Below are positions 1 to 50,220 of a stretch of DNA of 64,000 nucleotides, piece by piece. The position numbers were made by a program, and so were the translations under genes. Below the pieces are notes generated by a model. That model had not been told where the DNA came from, did no database searches, and was given only the letters and a program-made list of their open reading frames with translations. Each line of letters starts with the position of its first letter. Positions within the stretch are counted from its first letter, which is position 1. The stretch comes from Paraspadella gotoi (Eukaryota > Animalia > Chaetognatha): contig CM119270.1 of NCBI GenBank assembly GCA_051294375.1, positions 12,492,688 through 12,556,687 of the forward strand. The letters are read 5' to 3'.

Positions 1-5811
<5,811 letters not shown>

Positions 5812-6070
5812 TCTCTCGTGCTTGGTTCGTCGAAAAAGACCTACAAGGTCAGTCTCCATCAGAGAATGAAGAAATTGAATTTATTTGTTTTTTAAGCACA
5901 GCATTTTGTTTCTTCTGGGAACGATATTTAAAACGTATAATTCATTAGCTGCGAGCCGTTTTCAAACTGTCATTTTTAAAAACCGTTACTCTGAAATTTC
6001 AAAATTACCCATTAGCCTTGTTTTTTTTTTCCCAATTTCATCTCCATTGTTTTCCTTGCGTGTTTCCCAG

Positions 6071-21444
<15,374 letters not shown>

Positions 21445-22683
21445 CCCGAGGTCCGACCCCGCCCCGCCCAGGTCCGATCCTCGCCGATCGGGCGTCGTCG
21501 ACGCGAAAACTCTTAAGTGCAAACAGTGACGGATAAAGTGCAAACAGTGATTAGAAGAAAGAAATGTATCCCCCGTCCGAACTCGGACAATTTGTGCGAA
21601 CTTTGCGGAGGAAAGGAAGGGCGATGATTTGACCTTCCCCCTTTCCTCTCTTTACCGTTTACAACTAAAATCAAACTCTATAACTCTCTCTATCCCTATC
21701 TCTCTTTCCTCTAACTCTCTCTCGCGTCGGAAATTCCCTCTCCCACCCTCCGCTTACTCAATGATCAATCTCAATACACATGACCGAACGGAAACGTTCT
21801 CAAAAAAAAAATAAAAACAAAAAAAAAACAAAACAGTCAAACGTCTATAAAGATACTTAAAGAAACGGAACCACGGATCGAATCCTACTCAAAACGGGAG
21901 ATAACTATTTTGTTTTTTTTAATTTGTATCAGCGTAAATTCTTCTTTTTTTTTGTCCTTACAGCGTTTTGTGTTGTGCTTTCAAGGAGCTTGTTTAACTT
22001 TATTGCTTCAATTTTAATTTAATTTAAATTAATAATTAATAAAATCATCAGCAGCTCTCGGTTTGGAGGTGAGGGGGAAGTAAAAATATTAACGGTTACC
22101 ATTTGAGAATCACGAAGGTTGAAAACATCGTTTAATCCACGGACGTCAAAATGTTTTCTATGTAATCGCCCCACAGTTCCCGAAAAAAACGCTGTGACCC
22201 ACGGCCTGTTTAAAAAAACATTGATAAACCGTGTACTACCGTGCTTTTTACGTGAACTTCATAACCCGACATAGTCTCGGGCGTGACCAGTCGTGTTTTT
22301 TGACTCTCTTTAGTCACCCTTCGCTTTAACCGTGGAATTTCTAACTCAGAATGCGTCGCTTGATAACAACGATATCTAATGTTTGATCATCACCCCCCGT
22401 TTTAACTGTTCGTCGGTTTCGCAACTCCGACGCGTAATTCGTTAACACCCCATGTGATAGTGTGAAAATCTTTCTCTTCTCGATTCTTGCCGAACGTTTT
22501 AAAATTATAACTATTATTTGCGCAATACTTCTTTAAAAATTACATTTTTCTTCTTTTGGCTTTTAGTTTTTATCCTCGTATCGTAAAAAATCTATGAAAA
22601 TCTTCTTTTCTCCGATTCCCTTTTGTAATCCTTTTAATGTTGTTATCGCGGCTTTTTGTTTACTTGGCTTTTAAAAACGCAAA

Positions 22684-22809
<126 letters not shown>

Positions 22810-24390
22810 TGCGCGTGTGCGCGCATATGCTGCCTCTAACATTAAATAGTGAGTCTTCGTACCATTTCAGTATCTTTAATTAATAAGTACTTTCTTTAAG
22901 TAATTCTGAGAGATTTATCATTGGTCTGCTTCTAAGACGATCGACTTTATTTCAATATTTTAGATCCGTGATTCTAATTTATTATTTTATTACTTTCTTT
23001 TATTATCTAACTAACAAGTCTTTTGGTAACTTAAAAAGGTTGGATTGTACAACTTTCCTTTATTTATTTATTTGCTATAAACTATGCTGGGACCTTTTTG
23101 ATAAGTAGTTTATAGTTTTTCTTGCCTTATGCCAAAATAAATCAATGGTTGAAAAGACCTCGTAGCTTAGTAGATAACTGATAAGACCATTTGTTTCATT
23201 TTGGTGTGTAAAAGGTACCATCATTCTTTGACCCAGTTTAGTATGTTTCTTGTAACAATGATTGAATGTTAATACAGTTGATAATATCAAAACCTGCCCG
23301 TCTTACATTGTTATGATACGCATAGGTAATTAATTTTACATGAAATTTTACTAAATAGCTAGCACAACGGCTAATTAACAAGACATCAAAGATTAGTTAA
23401 TTACCAAAAATCAATACAATCTATAAGTTAATGGACATGTTTATAATTTCAAACAGCGTCTGGAAACAATAAATATGCAAGAAAATTCTACAGCATTTAT
23501 GATTTTGTCGGTTCCTTTCATCCCAAGTAAAAAAACGGAGATATTCCCTTTACCAGGTGAACAGTTTACCTCTCAAAGAGGAAGATAAATAAATTCATAC
23601 GTAATTCAACAATATATTGTAATTGAACCATACTTTGAAATTTCTAAGGTTTCCTTCCAAGCTTTTTTTCAGAAAATCCGAGTGACATAGAATTATCATA
23701 ATTATCATACAAACTACCGGGACGATTATCAAAACCTCCTTTCATTTGTGCATGTGACGTTACGAATGTAACAATGTTGTAGAATTCATGATTATAACTT
23801 TTAAGCGGGTTACTGATTTAAAGAAAAGTACAACTACGAAAACAACGCAATTACACTGGGTTTATCACTTTATAGTTAAAATTTTATTATGATAATTCAT
23901 AATGATAATTCATTTAAAAATATTTTAATTCTTAAACTTGCGTTTATTATCAGTAATTTTTTTTATTTCAAATTTTTGAAATACTACCACTACACTATTA
24001 GAATTATATTAACCCATCTTTTAATGTTATGCTCAGAAATTCGTCACGAAACAGAGTCAAAGAAATTCATTATTAATACCGCGAAACAGAAAAAAAAAAC
24101 CAAAATAAAAAGCGGAAAATATATGAGAAGCAAGTTAACGAAAAAAAAAACAGAAAAAAAACACCAGCTAAACGTGCAGAACGTTTCGACTAGCGCGTGT
24201 AAAAATTCTTCAGTAATAATTTTTCTATCTAATTTTTTTTTGTCAGATCACAAGTTGTAGTGAAGCGGTTTGGTTATCGCCGACTCCTGGAGCAAAGGAG
24301 GTCGCCAAAAAAAATGTCTGGACAAGTTCGCGCGCTCTGGCGAGACGCTTGATAATCTTCGAGGGCGTCCCCGTGACCCTTCGCCGCCAC

Positions 24391-26034
24391 TCAAACGTCG
24401 TAGCCCTCGATGACCTGAACCATCCGACTCCGAGACCCAAGATCGAATGGCAGGAGCCAGAAGAACGCGGGGCCACGCCCGAACACGTTTCTCAGCAACT
24501 CCATCCGGGACTTTTTGCCCCTTCGAGGAGCAGGGTCCTCCCTTCTGGATGAGCGGCCGGCGCCGGGAGAGTCGGCACGGGTCGGGGAGGAGCCACCACC
24601 GCGTTGCAGGGCGTCAATGGGAGATTCGTCGCTGAAGACGGCGCCTATCTGGTCGCTGAGGATGGCGACGACGAAGAGGCCGAACAAAAGGGACACGATG
24701 GCCAGGATAATGGAATGGAGAATCTAGCCGGGAAATAAGTGAGTGTATTGTATTGCAAAGCATTCTACTTTCAGTTGGTAAATTAAGATTTTGTTTATTT
24801 TTATTTTATTTTTTTTTTTTTTTTGACAGGAAGCTCTGGGAAAAAGTCATCTAAAGTGATACTGATAAACAAATTATTATTTCATTATTTATTAATTGAT
24901 TATTAAATTCTTCCCTGCGTCCAAAAAGCGAGCAGAAGGTAAGTTCAGGATAAGTTCAGTTTCGGCTCATTTCGCTTCTCACCCTGTCATCCTGTGACAA
25001 ATTTATTCAAACCTGACAAGCTGGCCAGCTGAGTCGACACTTTTTTCAATCCGACTCTTTGGCCTCACAGGAACCTTACCTTGGCCTCCTGAGATTTGAG
25101 GTGAGCGGAGACTGGATCGATGGCCCACGAGGCGATGATGAGGACGAGGCTGCTGACGGATGTGAGGCCCACGTAGATGAGGAACTGAGACGAAAACGAA
25201 GAATAAGTTTCTTCTGAAATACTACAGTATAAAACTCTTTATAGTAGTATCATTGTTAATCGTCGTTCACCTGAATAAAATACTTTTGGTTCCACTCTCC
25301 GACGCAGTTGTTTATCCAGGGGCAGTGATGATCCATTCGACGGATGCAGCGTTTGCAGACGCGACAATGGTGAGCGCGGGGCGGACGGTACGACTCGCAT
25401 TTCAAGCAGAGGGTCCAACCGTTGGCCGTCTAATAAAAGGATTCGGATGAAGTAAAAAAAATTAATAAATTTTATTAACTTGGAAGAAATATAAAAATAT
25501 TTTCCATAATATTTTAGTAATAGTTTCTTCAATTAATTGATTACTTTTTATTATCCAATTTAAAAAAATTATTTATTGATTGGTTGCTGATTGTCTGTTT
25601 ATAAACATTTAAATGAAAATGAAATTGATAAATAGAGTGACTGATAAGTTTTTGGAAGCTATTTCAGACTAAATTTAAATAAACGACGCGTTGATCACCT
25701 CAAAAACGGTTCACCACCTTCCACCACTCCGTCAACCACTCTCCCCCCTCCATCCCGTAATCACCTTCGCCTGTTTGAGATCCGGATCGCTGAGGTCGAC
25801 GGGCACGTTGGGCAGAGGGACCACACCGGGATCCGAGAGGACGGCTCTCAGATGCGAGACGACCATGAGGCTGACGAGAATGTTGAAGCCGACGACGACG
25901 AAGCACCCGGCGAAGCTGCCGTCCAGCACCGGAAGGACGAGCACCTTGACGACGACGAAGTCCGCGTAGACGATCGCCGCGTAGGTCAGCGCCAAGCAGG
26001 TGATGCCGCAGGCGTCCAGATGGAACACGGCCAT
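24391..26034 (-). CDS. DHHC palmitoyl acyltransferase, Dnz1 / ZDHHC3/7-related
   Basis: Four phase-0 exons: 26034-25765, 25429-25271, 25184-25080, 24723-24391. N-terminal DACGITC...YADFVV, DPG motif, [48 protein letters not shown], four hydrophobic segments, ending ...EGYDV*. Confidence 0.95.
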
Positions 26035-26634
26035 GGTCCTCTCTTATCGAGATTGCCGGGTGGACGAGCGGCTTGGGACGAGATTATCACAAAGGGGGCT
26101 TTCGTCGAGGAAGAATGGAGGGAATCAAGGATTCGACGGTGGGAGTCTCGTCATCGTCCGGGTTTTGTTATCGATCGTAGGAGACGGAAAGGGCGTCCCT
26201 TGGAATATCGTTCGCGAGATATGCGACGCTAAGTCATGTTTATGAATTGGAAGACAAAAGTTGTGCGGCTCGAATTGGAAAAATCATGGTAAAATCGTTT
26301 CCTAAAGCTGCTTTTTAAATGAAAAATAAAATAATAAAAATAATAAAAATAGATTATTGCATGTTTGAGAAATATTTATGAAACTAAATACGGAACTCAA
26401 AAATGAATTACGAAACACATCAACTGGGAGAAATCATTATAGAGCGATTAATAAAACGAGCACGATAAGTTAATTTTTTTATCGACAATTTATATGTTTA
26501 ATAACTCGGCAATAATTCAATTGAATTTGTTTAATATCAAAAACCGAAGCTCTGAGTGTGCCCTGCACTCATGTCGGCAGAACAAAATGAGGAAACCATT
26601 TTTCTCATCCATCGTCTTATTTCCAACAGCAGGG

Positions 26635-26758
26635 ATTGGACTACGAGAGCAATCTACGGCCGCTGATTGGTTAATGAATGAAATCCTGGAATGCTCATTG
26701 GCTGTGTAGCGCTTGACGTCATTTAGGAAATGTGCCATTTCTCTGAGGAGCCTATTGG
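26635..26758. promoter_or_regulatory. Cluster of CCAAT boxes plus a CRE upstream of the DHHC gene
   Basis: ATTGG at 26635, 26666, 26697 (31-bp spacing) and 26754; perfect TGACGTCA at 26714-26721; lies in the divergent intergenic region. Confidence 0.45.
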
Positions 26759-27004
26759 TCCGGTAAATGCAATGCCGTCCACTGAGGAACGTCGTTCGTG
26801 AGCGGATAAATTCAATGAGAGTACGCATTTTTGTAATTTCTGTATTTTGTAACCTAAATGAAAAAGATTTAAATATATATAGATTTGAAATTCCGAAAAT
26901 ATGACGCTTTTGTTTCGGTAGTTGTTGTGGTTTTTGTTGTCGTAGTTCTTTAACCTTGAAGAGACAGTAATTATTGTAATGTGTTAGTGACAGAACCGTT
27001 CAAT

Positions 27005-27157
27005 AAAAGCAGTCCCTGAGCTTCGGATCAGGCTGTAACACCATGTTACAGGCGGGTTAAGCGCCCCGTCCCTCTTAACTGCCAGACGGCCACCGGGGTA
27101 GAACGTCGGACCTTTGGGTTGGGAGGCGAATGACTTGCCTCCGGCACCAATGGCCGC
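27005..27157 (-). mobile_element. tRNA-derived SINE-like element carrying a ribozyme, ending in TTTT
   Basis: Head 27157-27086: GCGGCCA...TGGCCGT acceptor-like stem, A-box-like TGGTGCCGGAGG, TTCGCCTCCCAA (tRNA-Gly-CCC-like anticodon arm) and degenerate B box GTTCTACCC. The twister motif and T4 (27008-27005) follow. Confidence 0.65.
27009..27082 (-). ncRNA. Twister self-cleaving ribozyme, circularly permuted type P5-like
   Basis: Minus strand: GCAGTT AAGAGG GACGG GGCGCT TAA CCC GC C TGTAAC ATGGT GTTACA G CCTGA TCCGAAGC TCAGG GACTGC. P5 GCAGTT/GACTGC, P3 TGTAAC/GTTACA, P4 CCTGA/TCAGG with the UCCNAAGC loop, T2 GC/GC, T1 CCG/CGG, and a UAA cleavage motif. Confidence 0.75.
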
Positions 27158-28477
27158 TGCTGAACGGTTGGTGGATTTTAGTCCACCATAAACTTTACCT
27201 TTGAAATATATTTTTCACAGGGAAAAGAACAATTTAATTGACGACGAATTAGAATTCTTTCATCACTTTTTGTTGTTGTTGTAGTTGTTTTAAAATTAAT
27301 TCCATTTAAACTTAAAATATAAATATTTTTTTCTCCAAACAGTGGATTTATGGGCCACCAAAATTTTGATATAAATGTGACATTATTCTTTCCATTTCGA
27401 ACTCCATAGAGACTCATATAAAAAAGAAAAAAATAAATTCAATAAAAATAATATTGAAAAACTGATCTGACTTTTATTTTCACAGAAAATATCGAAAAGG
27501 CATAAAAAATTTTAAAGCGGTTACCATTTATAAGTTCCACTTTCCCAATTTTATTAATATTTAAATTTTCTTTTTTTAACACCTGCTTTAAAATACCTAC
27601 CAATGTGATCTTGGATTCGTTGTGTAGTGTCAATTCGAGCAAACAAAAATACTTTCATTATAGTTTTTATAGTAGGCTACTTAGGCATTCAATACATAAA
27701 GGTTTTCAAAGAAAAATATATCTTTTCTTGTTTTTGTTTGTCCTTCATGTTGGCAATGGTAAAAGGCAAAGTTCTTCGTCAAAGGTTAAAAACATCGAAA
27801 ATCAGAAATCAATATTTGTACGCCGGGCACCAGGGCGTTAAAGTCATTCTCAATAATTAATTATTAATTAATTATCGATCTTATAAAAATGTTATAAAAA
27901 TGTTATATTAATCTGCTACATTCATTTAGAGGTTCAAAGATAATTTGTGCGTTTAATAGTTCAGAAAAAAATATCATTATGGTTATATGGCCGTGTCTAC
28001 GAAAAGCCTTTGGTCAAGAAATGAACTGAATCTCCTGATTATTCAAATATGAATGATAATTTTTTTATACCATCACACTTACTTAAATGATACTTTGGTC
28101 TATATCACAAAGAGTATATATATCTATATCACAATGGGGTAAATAAAACCTATAAAACCTATAAATTTGATACAGCAAAGATAATTTTTAAGCAATTTTT
28201 ATCTTCAAAAATCTTGTCCATTTTTGTCCATTTTGAGTTTTGGCACTAATTTTCAAGGAGAAGATAAAGAAAAATTTTTTACTACGCTTCTGGGTTATAG
28301 TCAAATTCTTAATCCATTTTGTTTTTTTGAAGCTAAAAGTTTCTTTTCCCTTCTTTTTTTCCAAATTCCTCCATTTTGTTTCCCGACAGTAAATAAGTAC
28401 GTCGCCCAAAAGTGTAGAAACAAACATTATTCCGCCTCACAAACAGTATTCCGCGACTTAAACAGTATTCCTCCACA

Positions 28478-28589
<112 letters not shown>

Positions 28590-29845
28590 CTCCCGCGACT
28601 TCCGGTCTAAAACGCCTCCTCCTCTTTTTCCTTTATAAAACAGTGACTCTGTCCTTGATCTAATTCACACGAAGCTTTTCACCCGAAAGGACCTCACTCC
28701 CGATCAAGTCTCACCGATTTGATCTCTTCCCTATCTCTTCTCCTCCCAAAAATTCACCCTCCTCCCGAAACGTCTTCAACCTCCTCTTCCTCCTTCTCCT
28801 CTTCCTTTCGCACGCTCCCTCGCGTTTCTTCCTTCTCCGTCGTCGTCGTCGTCGTCGTCAACGTCGATTGCATCACCGACGAAAGGAGGAACTGACTACG
28901 TGACTAGGAAATCAGTCAACGAAAGCGGCGACGACAAGAACGACGACGACGACGACAATAAAGACGACGACGGCTTCTCGCGTTAGAGCGCCATCCGATA
29001 GCATCAGAGAGTCGCAACTGCGGGTCACAACCGGGGAAAACGCCGCCGTCGCCGCCGCCGACGCAGCCGCCCGCTGATGACGACGACGGATCGAAGCGTG
29101 ACGTCGACAACAACGGATATTATTAATGAGATGGCGTGATCGAATTTGTCTTAATGGCCAAATAAAAACAGCCGACGGGGGACGCATCCTTTCCCTCGAT
29201 GGGAGGGAATATAAGTCGCGCTCGATAATCGTCGACGCTTGAATGTTATGATTTAAAAATTGAATATTGGATGATTAACTCGCTCATTAGCTGGTCTTAT
29301 GTGGTTAATGAAGTTTTTTTTGAAAAATACACTCTTATTATTTCGTATCATATTCTTTCACGCGCTCTAAAATTTTAAAATGGTGTACTTCAAATAAATA
29401 ACAGATATTATGACATTGTCTTTTTATCATCGATGCATAAAACGACTTTTTTATTTCTTCCCGCGTCCAAGTGTTTTCATAATCTGAGACATTTTTGCTT
29501 AACAAATCTATAAATAATCTTCTTCCAACTTTTTCCTTTTCTTTTATATTTCCCCTTCATCGCCGACCTTCGTTTTTCGTTAACAGTTTTACTTTTTTCT
29601 TCCCTCAGTGTAAAGTCTAGTTTTCGTAATCAATCTCCACTATATTGACATTGTCCTTTTTCCCGACAGATCTACGTCCCGAGATGTCAGCACTTTTTGA
29701 ACTGTCGGTATCATTATATCAATACGTTCACTATCGTCTTCGTGACAGCATGATCATTATTGGAAACAAATGAGGTCAAAACGAATGACGAAAATGTCAA
29801 AGTGACTTTCTTCCTCTTTTCAATATCACACCATCCGCCGCCGCG

Positions 29846-34320
<4,475 letters not shown>

Positions 34321-37224
34321 AATATTCGTCAAAAATAAAGAATTTGAATTGAATTTGAATTAAATTTGAATTGAATTTGAATTTGAATTGAATTTGATTT
34401 TTCGGTCTCAACTTATAAAAAACAAAAGCAAGCTCTCGTCAAGGACAAGCACGATGGTCATAGTTGTTACGTTTTTTAATCTGTGAATGTGCCTGTGAAC
34501 GTTGAATTAAGTGACTCGTTTCACCAATCGTGCATACATTTCTTACCATTTTTCATCGTGTCTTATGATTTTTAGACAAAATTGACGGCTGGTAAAAACG
34601 TCGTCTATTTTTTAAACTTTCGCAGTTGCAAATCAAAACTAATTTCGTCCCGAAAAGTACTCATTTTTAAAAAAAAAAACTTATTTTTAACATGCTCTCA
34701 TCGCACCTTTTAACATTCACATCTCTCATGCCCAATCGTTAAAATACTTACTATAAATTAACTTGCATCGATGTTTGCATAACTCATAACTCATGTCAAA
34801 AGTATGGGTTAATAATGTAAATGTGATTTACGGACTTTGGTTTATAGCTAAAGTCAACAGCTTCCTTTTTTTTAATTAAGAAAAAAGTTACAAATAACAA
34901 TAATTGCAAGAGATTCATAATGATATTTAGCTAAATACCACATTGTCACCATAGGAAATTTTAACATATCATAGAAAACAAACAAGCCGTCCCTCATCTG
35001 TCAACTCATCCTGCATGAACTTATTTTTTTGGAGTTACCTTTGTCTGAAGGAACATTTGTTAACCTAAGTCATGTTTGTTGTAATTATTGATGTTTATTT
35101 ATTATCCTATGATAAAGATAAATTTTGTAAAAATAAAATAGATTATAAAGCGAAGTTTGCTGAAGCCATCACCTTCCAATAGTGTCGTTTACTGAAGATC
35201 CATTTTTATACGTTTGTTGTGATGTATTTTTACACTAACGTTGTACTGGGTTTTGTAGTGCCGTTTATAAACTAAATTCTACGAAAAGTATTGTTGTAAT
35301 TCAGTAAGACAATAAAGAAAACTTTAAGCCGAGTAGTTATTAAATGATATCATTCATAAAGCCAGCGAAATATCCTTTCGTCTATCTCTCGAAAATTCTA
35401 ATTATCTTAACTTAAAAGTCAAAGCTCACAGCCATCTGGGAAAAAGAGATAGAAACACAAATGTCTAATGAAATACGCAATTATACAGAGAATCGGGTCT
35501 CTCATAGCGCAAATGTTTCGCATCTGTCATGGATTTTTTACAAAATGCATCAATTTTGTTCGGTCAGTCTTGAAAGTATAATAATGTAAGTGTTTGAAAA
35601 GCACTTCATTGTAATCAAACATTAGGATTTTTCACATTTTTTAAAAAAATGTTAAATGATTTTATATAATTTTTTTTTAAAAATTAAATGGTGCGGAATT
35701 TTTTACCCTTTGTCCAAAAAAAGCATCTAGCTAGTAGCTACAACTACTGTTAATTCCATATAGCGGGTAAGTTGTCACTCCCTCCATTATAAATAAAGGA
35801 ACGAGTCGTTAACACATACAAACAACATGTTTTATTCCAATGGATACGGTCGAACTTTACAAATAGATAAGAAGAAAGCCAAAAAGGAATTATATACAGA
35901 ATAAAAAGAACAATGACAAGGAAGAAAAAGGGTTTCGTTTAAAATGTTTATTTACTGCAAGAAATAATATAGGAACTGTGATGACATTATTGGTAACGAA
36001 AATTTTAAAAAAAGGNNNNNNNNNNNNNNNNNNNNNNNNNNNNNNNNNNNNNNNNNNNNNNNNNNNNNNNNNNNNNNNNNNNNNNNNNNNNNNNNNNNNN
36101 NNNNNNNNNNNNNNNNNNNNNNNNNNNNNNNNNNNNNNNNNNNNNNNNNNNNNNNNNNNNNNNNNNNNNNNNNNNNNNNNNNNNNNNNNNNNNNNNNNNN
36201 NNNNNNNNNNNNNNNNNNNNNNNNNNNNNNNNNNNNNNNNNNNNNNNNNNNNNNNNNNNNNNNNNNNNNNNNNNNNNNNNNNNNNNNNNNNNNNNNNNNN
36301 NNNNNNNNNNNNNNNNNNNNNNNNNNNNNNNNNNNNNNNNNNNNNNNNNNNNNNNNNNNNNNNNNNNNNNNNNNNNNNNNNNNNNNNNNNNNNNNNNNNN
36401 NNNNNNNNNNNNNNNNNNNNNNNNNNNNNNNNNNNNNNNNNNNNNNNNNNNNNNNNNNNNNNNNNNNNNNNNNNNNNNNNNNNNNNNNNNNNNNNNNNNN
36501 NNNNNNNNNNNNNNNNNNNNNNNNNNNNNNNNNNNNNNNNNNNNNNNNNNNNNNNNNNNNNNNNNNNNNNNNNNNNNNNNNNNNNNNNNNNNNNNNNNNN
36601 NNNNNNNNNNNNNNNNNNNNNNNNNNNNNNNNNNNNNNNNNNNNNNNNNNNNNNNNNNNNNNNNNNNNNNNNNNNNNNNNNNNNNNNNNNNNNNNNNNNN
36701 NNNNNNNNNNNNNNNNNNNNNNNNNNNNNNNNNNNNNNNNNNNNNNNNNNNNNNNNNNNNNNNNNNNNNNNNNNNNNNNNNNNNNNNNNNNNNNNNNNNN
36801 NNNNNNNNNNNNNNNNNNNNNNNNNNNNNNNNNNNNNNNNNNNNNNNNNNNNNNNNNNNNNNNNNNNNNNNNNNNNNNNNNNNNNNNNNNNNNNNNTTTT
36901 TTGCGATGAATGAGAGAATGAAAAAAATGTCGGAATGAGATTCTATCTACACGTCAATTTTTGTTCTATCTCTTTGGCAAAAATACAAAACTGGCGCTTG
37001 TTTTTTTTTTCTCGCCAAATTGGCTTCAAGTTGCTCACGCTCTCTCTCGGCGTTTGATGATTACGAAGATAAACAAAAGGCTAACGTTCCGAGTAGTTTT
37101 TTTCTTTCCCTTCCTTTCTTCATTCTAATCACTTCACTCTGGTAAATCATCTTACGAAATCACTCTTTTTTTTAGTCCTTCACACCTGACTACCTCATTT
37201 CTCACCCCCTTTCACTCCTCTCTC

Positions 37225-49260
<12,036 letters not shown>

Positions 49261-49789
49261 TTTCCTCTTTCTTCCCCTCCCGAATTTTTTTTCCTTTTTT
49301 TTTTTTTCTTTTTTTTTCTCTTCGGTTTTTGTCGATCGACTTTTCAGTCGATGAAGAAAAATGTAGAGGGCGGAGAAATCCTTTGAAGCTTGCCCATTTC
49401 GGGAGAAGATGAATTTGTTTGTTTACATTATTTTGTTTGTTTACATTCCTTTGTTTGTTTTGGTAAGGGCCGTTTTTTTTTATACTGCTGTTTAATTTGA
49501 AAAAAAAAACCACAATTTTAGAAATTTAGTATTCCGATTTCGATTTCTGTTTTTTAAAATAAAATGGCGAAATTTAAACCATTTCTGGGTGAAATATCTG
49601 ATACATATATCTTTACCACATATCCGCCGAAATTTAACGGGACAAAAAAAAACCAGCGTTTGCATGACGCGTATCCGGCGGCATCCCTTTTCCCCTCTGC
49701 AAAGCGAGACGCCAAAACATAAACACGAAAAAAATAAATTAATTTCGCTGAGACGCAATTTTCATCCAAGGCTGAAGGAGAGTCATCTC

Positions 49790-49820
<31 letters not shown>

Positions 49821-50220
49821 TGAATTTTTTTTTTCGGAATAAAAAATAAATAAAATAAATGACGTTTTCTTGAAAAAAAAAATGTGGAGAAATCCAGAAA
49901 AACGAGGAATTCCTGTCGAAAAAAATTTTATGGAAGGAAAAAAAAAAAGGTCGTTACTACTCGTTTATTCGACGTCGTCGTCGTCGTCGTCATCATCATC
50001 TTCGTCGACGTCGTCGTAGTCATAGTATCGGTTGGCATCGTCGTCGTCGTCGTCGTCAGCGACGTAACATCGTCGCGTTATCATCACCGGCCCACGCAGG
50101 TTTCGCGTGCGCTCGCACGCACATCGGTAGAAATGATAAATCGAGACGAAAAAAAAAATCTATGGGGATCCCCGATTGTGTGTGCGCGTCGTCAGCGGAG
50201 CGGCGGCGGCGGAAGCGGAG

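Noticed and set aside
27086-27157. Functional tRNA-Gly gene
   Set aside because: The anticodon and T stems pair poorly and the B box is degenerate; it is better read as a tRNA-derived head.
29074-29100. CTGATGA as a hammerhead ribozyme core (also at 48491 and 58642)
   Set aside because: There is no correctly placed GAAA and no flanking stems.
35978-36913. 311-aa ORF and other X-filled ORFs
   Set aside because: These are translations through N-gaps.
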